From Gemmatimonadota bacterium (GTDB lineage Bacteria; Gemmatimonadota; Gemmatimonadetes; JACCXV01; JAHWKZ01), in contig DASTFF010000034.1 in the NCBI GenBank assembly GCA_035708865.1, positions 15,529-79,528 on the forward strand: a stretch of 64,000 bases of DNA, given 5' to 3'. Under the pieces are notes generated by a model, which saw only the letters and a list, made by a program, of their open reading frames with translations, made no database searches and was not told the origin of the DNA. The position numbers were made by a program, and so were the translations under genes. Positions 8,887 to 18,127 of the stretch are shown in pieces. How positions within the stretch are numbered: the first letter of the stretch is position 1; each line of letters begins with the position of its first letter.

Positions 8887-9860
8887 CGAACCACGATCAC
8901 GCCACCCTGGTGGCGACGCCCGAGACGCAGACGCCGGTCGGCGGCCGCGTCGAGGAGATCCTTTCGTACTACCCCAGCGACAGCGCCGGCACCAAGGCCA
9001 ACCTCCGGAGGCTCTTCGGCCAGGGCCGGCTGGCCGGCACCGGCCGGCTGGTGATCCTGCCGGTCGACCAGGGGTTCGAGCACGGCCCGCACCGCTCGTT
9101 CGCGGTCAACCCGCCGGCCTACGATCCCGAGTATCACCCCCGTTTCGCGCTCGCCGCGGGTATGTCCGGCTACGCGGCCCCGCTCGGTTTCATCGAGGCG
9201 ATCGCCGGCAACTACTCGGGCCATCTACCGCTGATCCTCAAGATCAACAACCATGATCTGTTGTACGACGAGGGCGACCCCATCCCGGCGGTCACCGGTT
9301 CCGTCGAGGCGGCAATGCGGCTCGGCTGCGTGGCAATCGGCTACACGATCTACCCGGGCTCGGCCCACTGCACCGACATGTACGAGAAGCTCCAGTTCAT
9401 GGCCGAGGAGGCGAAGTCGGCGGGCCTGGCGGTCGTGGTGTGGTCCTACCCGCGCGGCTCGGGGATCACCGAGTCGAAGGGCGAGACGGCGCTCGACGTC
9501 GTCGCCTACGCCGCCCAGCTCGCGTGCCAGCTGGGCGCGCACGTCGTCAAGGTGAAGCTCCCGTCCGATTACCTGTACCAGGACAAGGCGAGGAAGATCT
9601 ACGAGGAGCTGGACATTCCGCGCGCCACGGCCGCCGACCGGGTCAGGCACATCATGCAGGCCGCCTTCGACGGCAGGCGGATCGTCATCTTCTCGGGCGG
9701 CTCGAAGACGAGCGAGGACGCCTTCTACGACGACATCCGCGGGATCCGCGACGGCGGCGGCTACGGCTCGATCATCGGCCGGAACACGTTCCAGCGACCC
9801 TGGGACGAGTCGCAGGCGTTCATCGGCACGGTGATCGACATCTACCGGGGGGAGGCGTAG
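8883..9860 (+). CDS. class I fructose-bisphosphate aldolase (DhnA/FbaB, DeoC-LacD family)
   Basis: ATG in an ATGA overlap with the fbp stop. Contains LILKINNH and VVKVKLP (Schiff-base Lys context), 325 aa. The track ORF from 8115 is an over-extension. Confidence 0.8.
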   Translation: MTNHDHATLVATPETQTPVGGRVEEILSYYPSDSAGTKANLRRLFGQGRLAGTGRLVILPVDQGFEHGPHRSFAVNPPAYDPEYHPRFALAAGMSGYAAPLGFIEAIAGNYSGHLPLILKINNHDLLYDEGDPIPAVTGSVEAAMRLGCVAIGYTIYPGSAHCTDMYEKLQFMAEEAKSAGLAVVVWSYPRGSGITESKGETALDVVAYAAQLACQLGAHVVKVKLPSDYLYQDKARKIYEELDIPRATAADRVRHIMQAAFDGRRIVIFSGGSKTSEDAFYDDIRGIRDGGGYGSIIGRNTFQRPWDESQAFIGTVIDIYRGEA

Positions 9861-9873
9861 ACTTCTTTCGGAG

Positions 9874-9892
9874 CCCGATCTCCTGGATCGGG
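9874..9892 (+). terminator. hairpin downstream of the aldolase gene (possible terminator, no U-tract)
   Basis: cccgatc-tcctg-gatcggg forms a 7-bp stem 14 nt after the stop codon. Confidence 0.3.
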
Positions 9893-9923
9893 AAGGGACC
9901 AACCACAAAAGGGGGTACCGGGA

Positions 9924-10463
9924 ATGAAGAAGCGTAGCCTGGCTGCGCTGGCCATCCTCCTCCTGCTGGCCGTCGCTCCGGCGGTGGCTCAGGAGGCGGA
10001 GAAAAAGGCCGAGGACGCCGCGACCGCGACCGCCTTGGCCACCCACGTCATGATCGACCCGGCGGACATCGTCTGGCAGCCCGCGCCGGACGTTCTCCCC
10101 GTCGGAGCCCAGCTCGCGGTCCTTTCGGGCGACCCGTCCAAGGAAGGCCCGTTCGTGATCCGCATCAAGGCCCCGGACGGCTACGAGGTGGCGCCGCACT
10201 GGCATCCCGCCGTCGAGACCGTCACCGTGATCTCCGGGACGTTCGGGATCGGGTTGGGCGACGCCTTCGACGCCGCCACCGGGACCGAGCTCGGCCCGGG
10301 AGGGCTCTTCGTCATGCAGCCCGAGGTCGAGCACTTCGCCTGGACGAAGGGAGAGACCGTCGTTCAGGTGAGCGCCCACGGACCGTGGCAGCTCAACTAC
10401 GTGAACCCCGCCGACGATCCGCGGAACGCCGCCCCCGAGGAGGGCGTACCGTCGGGTCGCTGA
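9924..10463 (+). CDS. secreted cupin-domain protein
   Basis: Signal peptide MKKRSLAALAILLLLAVAPAVAQE. Cupin metal motif context HWHPAVETVTVISGTF. Confidence 0.7.
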   Translation: MKKRSLAALAILLLLAVAPAVAQEAEKKAEDAATATALATHVMIDPADIVWQPAPDVLPVGAQLAVLSGDPSKEGPFVIRIKAPDGYEVAPHWHPAVETVTVISGTFGIGLGDAFDAATGTELGPGGLFVMQPEVEHFAWTKGETVVQVSAHGPWQLNYVNPADDPRNAAPEEGVPSGR

Positions 10464-10492
10464 AGCCTTCTCGAGGCCAGTGGGGGTACTTG

Positions 10493-10523
10493 CGAGGGCC
10501 GGGGCGGTCGTCCCCGGCCCTCG
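10493..10523 (+). terminator. GC-rich hairpin after the cupin gene
   Basis: cgagggccgggg-cggtcgt-ccccggccctcg forms a 12-bp perfect stem 30 nt after the stop. There is no clear U-tail. Confidence 0.4.
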
Positions 10524-10584
10524 TCGCTCGTGGCCACTTGCTCCCGGCCTTGGTTGACCCTGACCCCGGACACGAGGTGAACGG

Positions 10585-10950
10585 ATGGCGCTGTCTCGCA
10601 AAGGCATGATCCCGGCTCTCCTGGTGGGCACGCTCCTCCAGCTCGCGATGGTCCTGATCGGGCACAACACGGTCGCCGTGGCCTCGCTCTTCGCGCCCCT
10701 CGGGATGGCGATCTCGCTGATCGCCGGCTTCCTCTACGCCCGCTGGGCTCGGACGACGCGCGGCGCGGCCGTTCTCGGCGGCGCCGTCGTGGGCGGCCTG
10801 TGCGCGCTGATCGGGATCGGGGTCTCGTACTATCTGGGCGACGTGACGACCTGGATCCTCTTCCTGGGGACGCTGAGCTCAGCGTTCACCGGCGCGATCG
10901 GCGGCCTGATCGGGCACGTCGTCGGGGAACGGGCGCCGGCGCAGGTCTGA
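10585..10950 (+). CDS. small integral membrane protein, unknown function
   Basis: 121 aa with about four hydrophobic, Gly-rich segments. No motif recognised. Confidence 0.5.
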   Translation: MALSRKGMIPALLVGTLLQLAMVLIGHNTVAVASLFAPLGMAISLIAGFLYARWARTTRGAAVLGGAVVGGLCALIGIGVSYYLGDVTTWILFLGTLSSAFTGAIGGLIGHVVGERAPAQV

Positions 10951-10974
10951 CGCCCTGGCGGGCCCAGGCGCGAG

Positions 10975-12189
10975 CTAGAGGAGGTGGAGGGCCACCTGGC
11001 TCAGGAGCCAGGCGCAGGTGAGGCCCGCATAGATCCCGATCACGTAGCCGACCACCGCCATCAGCACGCCGACCGGCGCCATCGCGGGGTGGTAGACCCC
11101 GGCCACGACGGGAGCGCTCGCCGCGCCACCGACGTTGGCCATCGACCCGGTGGCCAAGAAGAACAAAGGCGCCCGTATCCAGCGCGCGACGAGCAGGAGA
11201 AGCCCCGCGTGGACGGTGATCCAGAGCGCCCCCGCGGCCATGAACAGTGGCGCCTCGACGATCGCCTTGAGGTCGCCGCGGGCCCCGATCGAGGTGACCA
11301 GCAGGTAGAGGGCGACGGTCCCCACCCGCGAGGCGCCGGCGCCCTCGAGCCGGTTCAGCGGGGTGAAGGACAGCCCGAGCCCGATCGTCGTCACGAGCAC
11401 CACGGCCCAGGTCGTGTGGCTGATGATCTGGGGATCGCCCAGCTCCGGCAACCGGTCTCCCACAACCCGGCACAGGTACGCCCCCGCGAAGCCGAGGCCC
11501 AGGATCATTCCCAGGTCTCGGACCGTGATCGGCCGGCGGATCTCTTCGTACTTGACGGCCAGCGCCGCGTTGGTCTCCTCGATCAGCCGGGTGTCGGCCC
11601 GGTTCCAGCGATCGAAGCGGGCCTGGTAGGCGGAGAGGAAGAGGAGGACCCCCATCCAGCCGTAGCCGACCAGCGTGTCGACGACGATGATGGGGCCCAG
11701 CATGGCGTCGGGCGTCCCCACCGACTCGGCAACCGCGACCAGCTGGGCCGAGCCGCCGATCCACGAGCCCGACAGGGCCGCCAGCCCCTGCCAGGCATCC
11801 GGCGGAAGCCAGCGGCCGAAGACGGCCAGCGCCAGGGGTCCGCCGAGAACGATCCCGACCGTACCGGCCAGCATCATGATCAGGGCCGGGCGGCCGAGCT
11901 TCAGGACCGCCGGCAGGTCGACCGTCACCATGAGGAGGACCAGGGCCACGAGCAGCAGATAGCGCACGGTCCAGTCGTACGCCGCCGACTCGACGGGGAT
12001 GATCCCGAGCGTCGTGGAGACCATCGGCAGGAAGTACGCCCACAGGATGGCCGGGGTGAACTCGAACAGCCGCCGGAAGGCAGGCACCCCCGAGAGCCAG
12101 ACGATGATCCCCAGCAGCGACGCCAGGTAGACGAAGACCCCGGTGGGGTCGACGATCCACGTCCCGTCCTGCGCGCCGGGCTGGATCAC
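10975..12189 (-). CDS. multi-pass membrane protein (DUF819-like)
   Basis: About 10 predicted TM segments. The likely start is GTG 12189 (VIQPGAQDGTW...), in a GTGA overlap with a small upstream ORF. The first 39 codons of the track ORF (from 12306) are Arg/Gly/Pro junk. Confidence 0.65.
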   Translation of the reverse strand: MIQPGAQDGTWIVDPTGVFVYLASLLGIIVWLSGVPAFRRLFEFTPAILWAYFLPMVSTTLGIIPVESAAYDWTVRYLLLVALVLLMVTVDLPAVLKLGRPALIMMLAGTVGIVLGGPLALAVFGRWLPPDAWQGLAALSGSWIGGSAQLVAVAESVGTPDAMLGPIIVVDTLVGYGWMGVLLFLSAYQARFDRWNRADTRLIEETNAALAVKYEEIRRPITVRDLGMILGLGFAGAYLCRVVGDRLPELGDPQIISHTTWAVVLVTTIGLGLSFTPLNRLEGAGASRVGTVALYLLVTSIGARGDLKAIVEAPLFMAAGALWITVHAGLLLLVARWIRAPLFFLATGSMANVGGAASAPVVAGVYHPAMAPVGVLMAVVGYVIGIYAGLTCAWLLSQVALHLL

Positions 12190-12293
12190 CCGGGGAACTC
12201 CGGTACGGGGACCGCCCCCCCGGGGCCGTAGCACAGGATCTGGGCCAGCACCCACCCCAAGAGGACGAAGACCGCCAGCCCGGCCACCGCCAT
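12186..12293 (-). CDS. possible 35-aa single-TM peptide coupled to the DUF819-like gene
   Basis: MAVAGLAVFVLLGWVLAQILCYGPGGAVPVPEFPG. Its stop overlaps the GTG of the downstream gene (GTGA). It is hydrophobic, unlike the alternative frame. Confidence 0.3.
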   Translation of the reverse strand: MAVAGLAVFVLLGWVLAQILCYGPGGAVPVPEFPG

Positions 12294-12349
12294 CAGGACG
12301 CCGCAATTGACGAAACGGGGCGGACCCTTGACGTCCCCCCCGCTCCGCT

Positions 12350-12610
12350 TCACGCCGGACGCCGCAGCTGGGTCCCTCCGGGCTTCCTGCGCCGCCGGCC
12401 GGTCAGGACGTGGTCCACGTCCAGACCGGTCGCGTCCGACAGGTTGGCCAGGAACCAGAACGAGCGTGGGATGCGGCCGCTCTCGTAGCGGCTGATCATC
12501 TGCTGGGTATAGCCCGTCAGCTCGGCGAGCTGGGCCTGGGTGAGATCCCCTCGGGCTGCTCGCAGCCGGTGGGCCATGGCGACGCGGAAATCCGCGAACT
12601 CGCTCTCCAT
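12350..12610 (-). CDS. XRE-family helix-turn-helix transcriptional regulator
   Basis: Contains LTQAQLAELTGYTQQMISRYESG. ATG 12610 is preceded by a strong RBS (aaggagg). The track ORF from 12796 is an over-extension. Confidence 0.8.
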   Translation of the reverse strand: MESEFADFRVAMAHRLRAARGDLTQAQLAELTGYTQQMISRYESGRIPRSFWFLANLSDATGLDVDHVLTGRRRRKPGGTQLRRPA

Positions 12611-12701
12611 GTGGAGACCTCCTTCGAGGCGACAACCTAACACCGCGCGAGTCGCCGGGCGCTCCTGCCCCCGACCGGGGGGCGGCCTAGATTCCCGGTC
12701 G

Positions 12702-14306
12702 ATGGACGACGCACACGACCTGGTCGAGCGCCTGGTGGCGGACCTGCGCCCCCTCGAGACCGGGGCCGCCCGAGCGTGGTGGGAGGCTGCGGTCACCGGC
12801 GAGGCGCGCGCCTACCGGCGGGTCGAAGCGTTCCGTAACCGGATCGACGACCTCTACGCAGCGGCCGGCGTATTCGAGGCGCTCTCCCGCGCGCGGGAGA
12901 TGGAGCTGGACGATCCGTTGCTCGCCCGCCGGGTGGAGCTCTTCTACCTCGAGGCCCTACCCCGACAGGTCGACACCCGACTGGCTCGCAGGATCAACCG
13001 GCTGGCCGCCGAGGCCGAGCGGGACTTCGCGACGTTCCGGCCGACTTTCCGCGGGAAGCGCGCCTCGGCCAACGACCTCGACCGCGTGCTGCGCGAGGAG
13101 CCGGACGAGGGTGTCCGTCGCGAGGCGTGGGAAGCGCTCAAGAGCGTCGGCCCCATAGTGGCCGATCGGCTCCGCGAGCTGGTGATCCTCAGGAACCGGG
13201 CCGCCGGGCGGGTCGGCTTCCCCGACTTCTACAGGATGCGGCTCGCCCTCCAGGAGCAGGACGCCGACCGGCTGGACCGGTTGCTGGCCGAGCTCGAGGC
13301 GCGGTCGGGACCCGCCTACCGGCACACCAAGCGGACGATCGACGAGGCGCTCGCCACGCGTTACCGGCGACCGTCCGGAGTGCTCGAGCCGTGGCATTAT
13401 GCCGACCAGTTCTTCCAGGACGTCCCGGACGTCTTCGGCGCCGATCTCGACGCCGTCTATGCCGGCGTGGATCCGATCACCGTGGCGGGGAGGTTCTTCG
13501 ACGGGATCGGCCTGCCCGTCGACGACGTGCTGGCGAGGTCCAGCCTGCACGAGGCGGAAGGAAAGGACCCGCACGCCTTCGCCACCGACATCGATCGCGA
13601 GGGTGACGTCAGGATCCTCCTCAACCTGCGGCACAACGAGCGGTGGATGGGGACGACGCTCCACGAGCTGGGTCACGCGGTGTACGACCTCGGCATCGAC
13701 CCCGCGCTCCCCTGGGACATCCGGCGCCCGGCCCACACGCTGGCCACCGAGGCGATCGCCATGCTGTTCGGCCGGCTCTCCCGCAGTCCCGCGTGGATGC
13801 GCGACCTGAAGGTGCTCGATCACGCGTCGGCGCGGCTGGACGGTCCGGTCGCCGCGGAGGCCCGCGCCGCCATGCAGATCGTAGTCCGGTGGATCCTGGT
13901 CATGGCCCACTTCGAGCGCGGCCTGTACGCCGATCCGGAGCAGGACCTGAACGACCTGTGGTGGGATCTGGTGGAACGGTTCCAGGAGGTCCCGCGGCCG
14001 GACCGCCCGCCGGACGCGGCCGATTATGCGGCCAAGATCCACGTGGTCGTGGCCCCGGTCTACTACCACAACTACATGCTCGGCGAGTGTCTGGCCTCAC
14101 AGATCGACCGCCGCCTGCGGGAGGACGTGCTGGACGGCGCCGCGAGTTACGCCGGCCGCCGCGAGGTGGGGGCGTGGCTGGGCCAGCGCGTCTTCCGGGC
14201 CGGAGCCTCCCTCCACTACGACGACCTGGCGGACGCCGCCACCGGGAGCCCGGTCGGGCCCGAGGCGTTCGCCGCCCAGTTCCTGGAGTCGCCTCCCGGA
14301 GCCTGA
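12702..14306 (+). CDS. zinc metallopeptidase, M3 (oligoendopeptidase)-like
   Basis: HEXXH motif in TLHELGHAVYD, about 534 aa. ATG 12702 is the first sensible start. The family assignment comes from overall pattern only. Confidence 0.7.
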   Translation: MDDAHDLVERLVADLRPLETGAARAWWEAAVTGEARAYRRVEAFRNRIDDLYAAAGVFEALSRAREMELDDPLLARRVELFYLEALPRQVDTRLARRINRLAAEAERDFATFRPTFRGKRASANDLDRVLREEPDEGVRREAWEALKSVGPIVADRLRELVILRNRAAGRVGFPDFYRMRLALQEQDADRLDRLLAELEARSGPAYRHTKRTIDEALATRYRRPSGVLEPWHYADQFFQDVPDVFGADLDAVYAGVDPITVAGRFFDGIGLPVDDVLARSSLHEAEGKDPHAFATDIDREGDVRILLNLRHNERWMGTTLHELGHAVYDLGIDPALPWDIRRPAHTLATEAIAMLFGRLSRSPAWMRDLKVLDHASARLDGPVAAEARAAMQIVVRWILVMAHFERGLYADPEQDLNDLWWDLVERFQEVPRPDRPPDAADYAAKIHVVVAPVYYHNYMLGECLASQIDRRLREDVLDGAASYAGRREVGAWLGQRVFRAGASLHYDDLADAATGSPVGPEAFAAQFLESPPGA

Positions 14307-14318
14307 GCGCGAACCGCT

Positions 14319-15374
14319 CTACGGCAGCGTCGCCCGGCCGATCGTACCGGTGTCCGTTCCGAACCAGATCGCGCGCCCGGGAGCGTGGTAATACATGTGG
14401 CGGACGGTGCCGCCGCCACTCGGGATCTCCGCGCTCCAGGCGAACTCCTCGGTCTCGGGATCGAAGCCCACCAGGCGGTTCGGGGAAGGCCCGGTCTCCA
14501 CGAACCATGGACGCCCCCGCTCGTCCATCGCCATCCCGTAAGGCCGGGCGGCTTGGCCGCCGGGCGTCCGCCACTCGCGGATCCCGCCCGCCGGGTCGAT
14601 CCGCCCCAGGTACCCTTCCGCGAAGTCCACGTACCAGACGGCACCCGAGCCGTCGATCTCCAGCCTGCGGGGGCGCGACCCATCCCGCGGAAGCACGATC
14701 TCCTCGATCGCCATGGCGGTGTCGATCCGCCCGATCTTGTTGGTTCCGAACTCGGTGAACCACGCCCCGCGGCTGCCATCGGCCACGATCCCGTAGGGAC
14801 GCGCCTCCGGGGTCGGCACTTCGGCGATCCGGATCTCGCCGGTCTCCGTGTCGAGGTGGCCGACGCGGTTCCCGCCCTGCACGGTGAACCAGATGTCGCC
14901 GGCGTCGTCGAAGACCAGGGTATGCGGATCGGCGGCAGCGGGATCCTGCAGCGGAAGCTTCTCGATCTCGCCGCTGACGGGATCGAGGCGGCCGATGTGG
15001 GCGGCCCGGTTTCCCGCGTACCATACCGCACCGTCCGCCGCCACGATCAGGTTGTGCGGTCCGGCGCCGGGGTCGAGGTCGAAGCGGTCGAACTCGCCAT
15101 TCTCCGGATTCAGGACCCCCACGTAGTCCCCCTGCTGGCCGACGAACCAGACCCGACCCTCCGGGCCGACGTACGGGTCCCGGGGTCGCGTCGACGGCCA
15201 CGGAACCTTCCACTCGTCGATCTCGACTGCGACGGCGGTCGCGGAGGACCCGGCCTCCGCCGGGGCCGGATCCCGCGACGGCTCGGCGCGGCCGGCTCCG
15301 TCCCCGCCGCACGCGACCCCCCCCACGATCGCGGCCAGCACCGCGCAGACGAGGCCTCGCGTCAGGTTCGTCAT
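14319..15374 (-). CDS. beta-propeller lipoprotein, Vgb (streptogramin lyase)-like repeats
   Basis: Lipobox GGVACG. Contains repeated ...GP.G...DG.G.(V)WF....N.IGR(I/L)D blades. ATG 15374 is in an ATGA overlap with the upstream stop. Confidence 0.7.
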   Translation of the reverse strand: MTNLTRGLVCAVLAAIVGGVACGGDGAGRAEPSRDPAPAEAGSSATAVAVEIDEWKVPWPSTRPRDPYVGPEGRVWFVGQQGDYVGVLNPENGEFDRFDLDPGAGPHNLIVAADGAVWYAGNRAAHIGRLDPVSGEIEKLPLQDPAAADPHTLVFDDAGDIWFTVQGGNRVGHLDTETGEIRIAEVPTPEARPYGIVADGSRGAWFTEFGTNKIGRIDTAMAIEEIVLPRDGSRPRRLEIDGSGAVWYVDFAEGYLGRIDPAGGIREWRTPGGQAARPYGMAMDERGRPWFVETGPSPNRLVGFDPETEEFAWSAEIPSGGGTVRHMYYHAPGRAIWFGTDTGTIGRATLP

Positions 15375-16129
15375 CGCTCCTCCTTGCGTATCTTCCACAG
15401 GTTCTCGGCCGGCCACCGGCGGGCCCATTCCCGGCTCCAGCCCTCGTAGGATGTCGTCGCGTTCGCCGCCGGGCGCAGCTCGATCAGCGCCTCGACCACC
15501 AGCCCGCTGTTGCGGAACAGATCGATCCACTCCCCATACCCCGGATGATACTCGACGTGCGCCTCGGAATCGTGGCGGCCGCTTCCGAAATAGTCGCGCC
15601 TGAGGGCCGTCACCTGGCGGCCCTGGCTGAGGCTCGTGCAGACGTGCGAGAACGGGCTCTCGTGGCAGAACGCGAGGAGACCGCCCGGCCGTAGGAGACG
15701 CCCGCATTCGGGCACGGTGCGCCGGGGATCGGCGAACGACATGGCACCGTGGTCGCAGAAGACGACGTCGAAGGCGGCGTCCGTAAGAGGCACCTCCTCG
15801 GCGCTGGCGTGAATGAGCGGGACCCGGACCTCCGCCCGCCGGATCAGGCGCCGCGCATGCTCGAGCTGGAGCCCGGAGTTGTCCAGCCCGACCGGGCGAC
15901 CCCCGGCCCGGGCCAGCGCGATGGACCACTGCGCCGCGCCACAGCCGAGCTCCAGGAAGTCCCGGTCCCTAGGGTTCCCGAGGACCTGGAGCCGGCTCTC
16001 CGGTATCCTCCACACGCCCCAGGCCGGGCGCGCTGCGGAGAGCCGCCGGCCATGGAGCGCCTGATACTCGTCGGCGATCCCGTCCCAGTATCTGCGGTTC
16101 TTCGGGGCCGACGGCGCGGACCGGGTCAT
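15371..16129 (-). CDS. class I SAM-dependent methyltransferase
   Basis: Motif I FLELGCGAAQWS and post-I VGLDNS. Confidence 0.85.
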   Translation of the reverse strand: MTRSAPSAPKNRRYWDGIADEYQALHGRRLSAARPAWGVWRIPESRLQVLGNPRDRDFLELGCGAAQWSIALARAGGRPVGLDNSGLQLEHARRLIRRAEVRVPLIHASAEEVPLTDAAFDVVFCDHGAMSFADPRRTVPECGRLLRPGGLLAFCHESPFSHVCTSLSQGRQVTALRRDYFGSGRHDSEAHVEYHPGYGEWIDLFRNSGLVVEALIELRPAANATTSYEGWSREWARRWPAENLWKIRKEER

Positions 16130-16710
16130 GCGAGGCTCCCGGCGAGACCCTCGAACCGGGCGACCAGGTCCATCCGGCCGGCCTGTTGGAGCGCAGGGAA
16201 CAGGACCTGCACCGGAAGTGCGACCCAGCGTGGATCAACGCCTGGCGGCTCGGGGTCGACGAGCACGACGCCGATCACGAGCTCGTCGCCGTTTCCGCGC
16301 CCCCGGGCGCGCAGCCCGGCGGACGAGACCGCGGCCACGACGCGCGCGCCGGCGAGGCGGGCCGTTCCGTCGGGTTCGAGGACGAGCCCGCGATCCGGAG
16401 GGACGGCCACCCTGAGCGCGTCCGCCACGGCCGACCGGAAGGACGCCTCGAGCCCGGCCTCCCGCGCCGTGCCGTTGCCACGCCGCCACGACCGGTGGGT
16501 GGCCGGCGCCGAATCCTCTCCGGTCAGGAGGCGGACCGCCTCGCGCCGGCTGGCGTCGTACGCGGCGCTCGTCCGCCGGGTCGGGGCATCCCCGCTCCGG
16601 ACGAGGACCAGCACGATGAGCACCGCGACGAACAGCAGCAGCGAGAGGAGCACCGCGATCCCAGCCACGATCATGGCGCCGAGCTTATCGCAACGGCCGG
16701 TGCTTGCCAA
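16126..16710 (-). CDS. hypothetical membrane-anchored protein
   Basis: N-terminal TM segment (MIVAGIAVLLSLLLFVAVLIVLVLV; alternative start ATG 16674). Its stop overlaps the methyltransferase start (ATGA). Confidence 0.45.
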   Translation of the reverse strand: MASTGRCDKLGAMIVAGIAVLLSLLLFVAVLIVLVLVRSGDAPTRRTSAAYDASRREAVRLLTGEDSAPATHRSWRRGNGTAREAGLEASFRSAVADALRVAVPPDRGLVLEPDGTARLAGARVVAAVSSAGLRARGRGNGDELVIGVVLVDPEPPGVDPRWVALPVQVLFPALQQAGRMDLVARFEGLAGSLA

Positions 16711-16742
16711 CGCATCCCACCGCCGTTAGCGTCGGCTCGCGC

Positions 16743-16943
16743 ATGGACACCGAACGGATTCACGCCACCTTAGCGCGCCTGATCCCGCTCCGGGCGAAGC
16801 TCGCCCTGGGCTCGCTGATCGTAGGGATCCTCCTGACCGTCGTGTCGTTCTACCTCCACGACCTGTGGCTCGCCCTGGTGGGCGCGATCCCCCTCGGCGG
16901 CGCGCTGGCGCTCCTCTTCATTCCCCTCCCCCACCCGCGGTGA
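16743..16943 (+). CDS. small two-TM membrane protein
   Basis: MDTERIHATLARLIPLRAKLALGSLIVGILLTVVSFYLHDLWLALVGAIPLGGALALLFIPL. Its stop overlaps the next start (GTGA). Confidence 0.4.
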   Translation: MDTERIHATLARLIPLRAKLALGSLIVGILLTVVSFYLHDLWLALVGAIPLGGALALLFIPLPHPR

Positions 16944-17542
16944 ACCGCGGCTGGCTGCCGATCGCCTCAGCGGTCGGCGTCCTGGCCGCCGGATGCAGCG
17001 CGTCCACCGAGGAGCCCTTCCTCCGGCAGACATTCGGCTTCACCTTCGAGAGCGATCTCGGCCAGTGGGTTGAGGACGGGACCGACCTGCTGGACCCCCC
17101 GGTCACCTGGTCGGTCTTGCGTTCCGACGAGCTCGCCAAGCGCGGCGCGTGGTCGGTCCGGTTCGAGCTCGACAACCTGAACGACATGGGGAAGATCTGG
17201 ATGGAGCGCGCCTTCGAGCTTCGTCCGGGCGCGACCTACGACGTCGACGTGGCGTTCGACTTCGCCAGCGCCGACTTCGGCGAAGTCGGCCGGTGGACGA
17301 TCATCGCCGGCGTCTCGGACGCCGATCCGCAGACGGCGGGCGACTTGACCTTCCAGGACGAGACCGGCAACGGAGCCGATCAGGACGTCGGCCACGTCTG
17401 GGGGCGGAGATCCTACCCCCTGGGAACCATCACGGCCGGCGAGGACGGCCTTCTCTGGATCGCGATCGGGGTCTGGGGGACGTTCGAGACGCCGCGCACC
17501 TACTTCGTCGACGACGTCGAGGTGGGGTTCACCCTGCGCTAG
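16940..17542 (+). CDS. hypothetical lipoprotein
   Basis: GTG in a GTGA overlap. Lipobox VLAAGC. No recognised domain. Confidence 0.5.
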   Translation: MNRGWLPIASAVGVLAAGCSASTEEPFLRQTFGFTFESDLGQWVEDGTDLLDPPVTWSVLRSDELAKRGAWSVRFELDNLNDMGKIWMERAFELRPGATYDVDVAFDFASADFGEVGRWTIIAGVSDADPQTAGDLTFQDETGNGADQDVGHVWGRRSYPLGTITAGEDGLLWIAIGVWGTFETPRTYFVDDVEVGFTLR

Positions 17543-17702
17543 GCGCGGCCGCCTCCGCGGGATCCCCGTCCGGCGGACGGGGGGTCGGCGTCCCAGGCCT
17601 TCCCTGGCTGTACTTCTCCTCCACGATTTCCCGAATCCTGGAGAGCGGAACGCCGGCCTCGAACTGAGTCTTCGCCTCCCGGGCGACGTCGATACAGATG
17701 TC
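17529..17702 (-). other. in-frame continuation of the PCYCGC gene past TGA 17705-17703 (Sec recoding candidate or pseudogene tail)
   Basis: The same frame reads DICIDVAREAKTQFEAGVPLSRIREIVEEKYSQGRPGTPTPRPPDGDPAEAAAPSAG and then TGA. This looks like the family C-terminus. A hairpin at 17690-17668 has apical loop CGGGA. Confidence 0.5.
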
Positions 17703-18038
17703 TCAGCCGAAACCCATCGGATCCGGGTCCACCCGGGGGATCGGGCCGGTCCGGTCGATGGCGTCGACGAAGCAGTCGTAGTTGGAGCGGTGGGGCGGGC
17801 TCTCCCGCTCGCAGCCGCAGTAGCACGGCATGTACTCGAGCACCTCCGGATGCCGGGCCGCGAACACGTACGCCTCGACGATCTCCGGCGGCGCCTCGGC
17901 GAAGACGGCCGGGAACTGGACGCCCTCGATCGTCACCCAGCCGGCTTCCGCCGGCGCCTCGGGGGCCCGGGCCGGGACGCGGTCCCCGCCGCAAGCGGCG
18001 AGGACGAGGAGCGGAAGGGCGGCGTACACGACGCGCAT
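17703..18038 (-). CDS. PCYCGC-motif lipoprotein, conventional ORF ending at an in-frame TGA
   Basis: Signal peptide with lipobox MRVVYAALPLLVLAAC. Contains the MPCYCGCERESPPHRSNYDCF motif. The ORF ends ...DPDPMGFG-TGA (see the next feature). Confidence 0.75.
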   Translation of the reverse strand: MRVVYAALPLLVLAACGGDRVPARAPEAPAEAGWVTIEGVQFPAVFAEAPPEIVEAYVFAARHPEVLEYMPCYCGCERESPPHRSNYDCFVDAIDRTGPIPRVDPDPMGFG

Positions 18039-18127
18039 CCGCCCAAGATACTCCACCTCCCGTGCACCGGCCCGTCGGCAACTCCCGGCCGGGGGCGCGG
18101 CGCCGCCCTCTCCCCCGCCCCGCGGCG

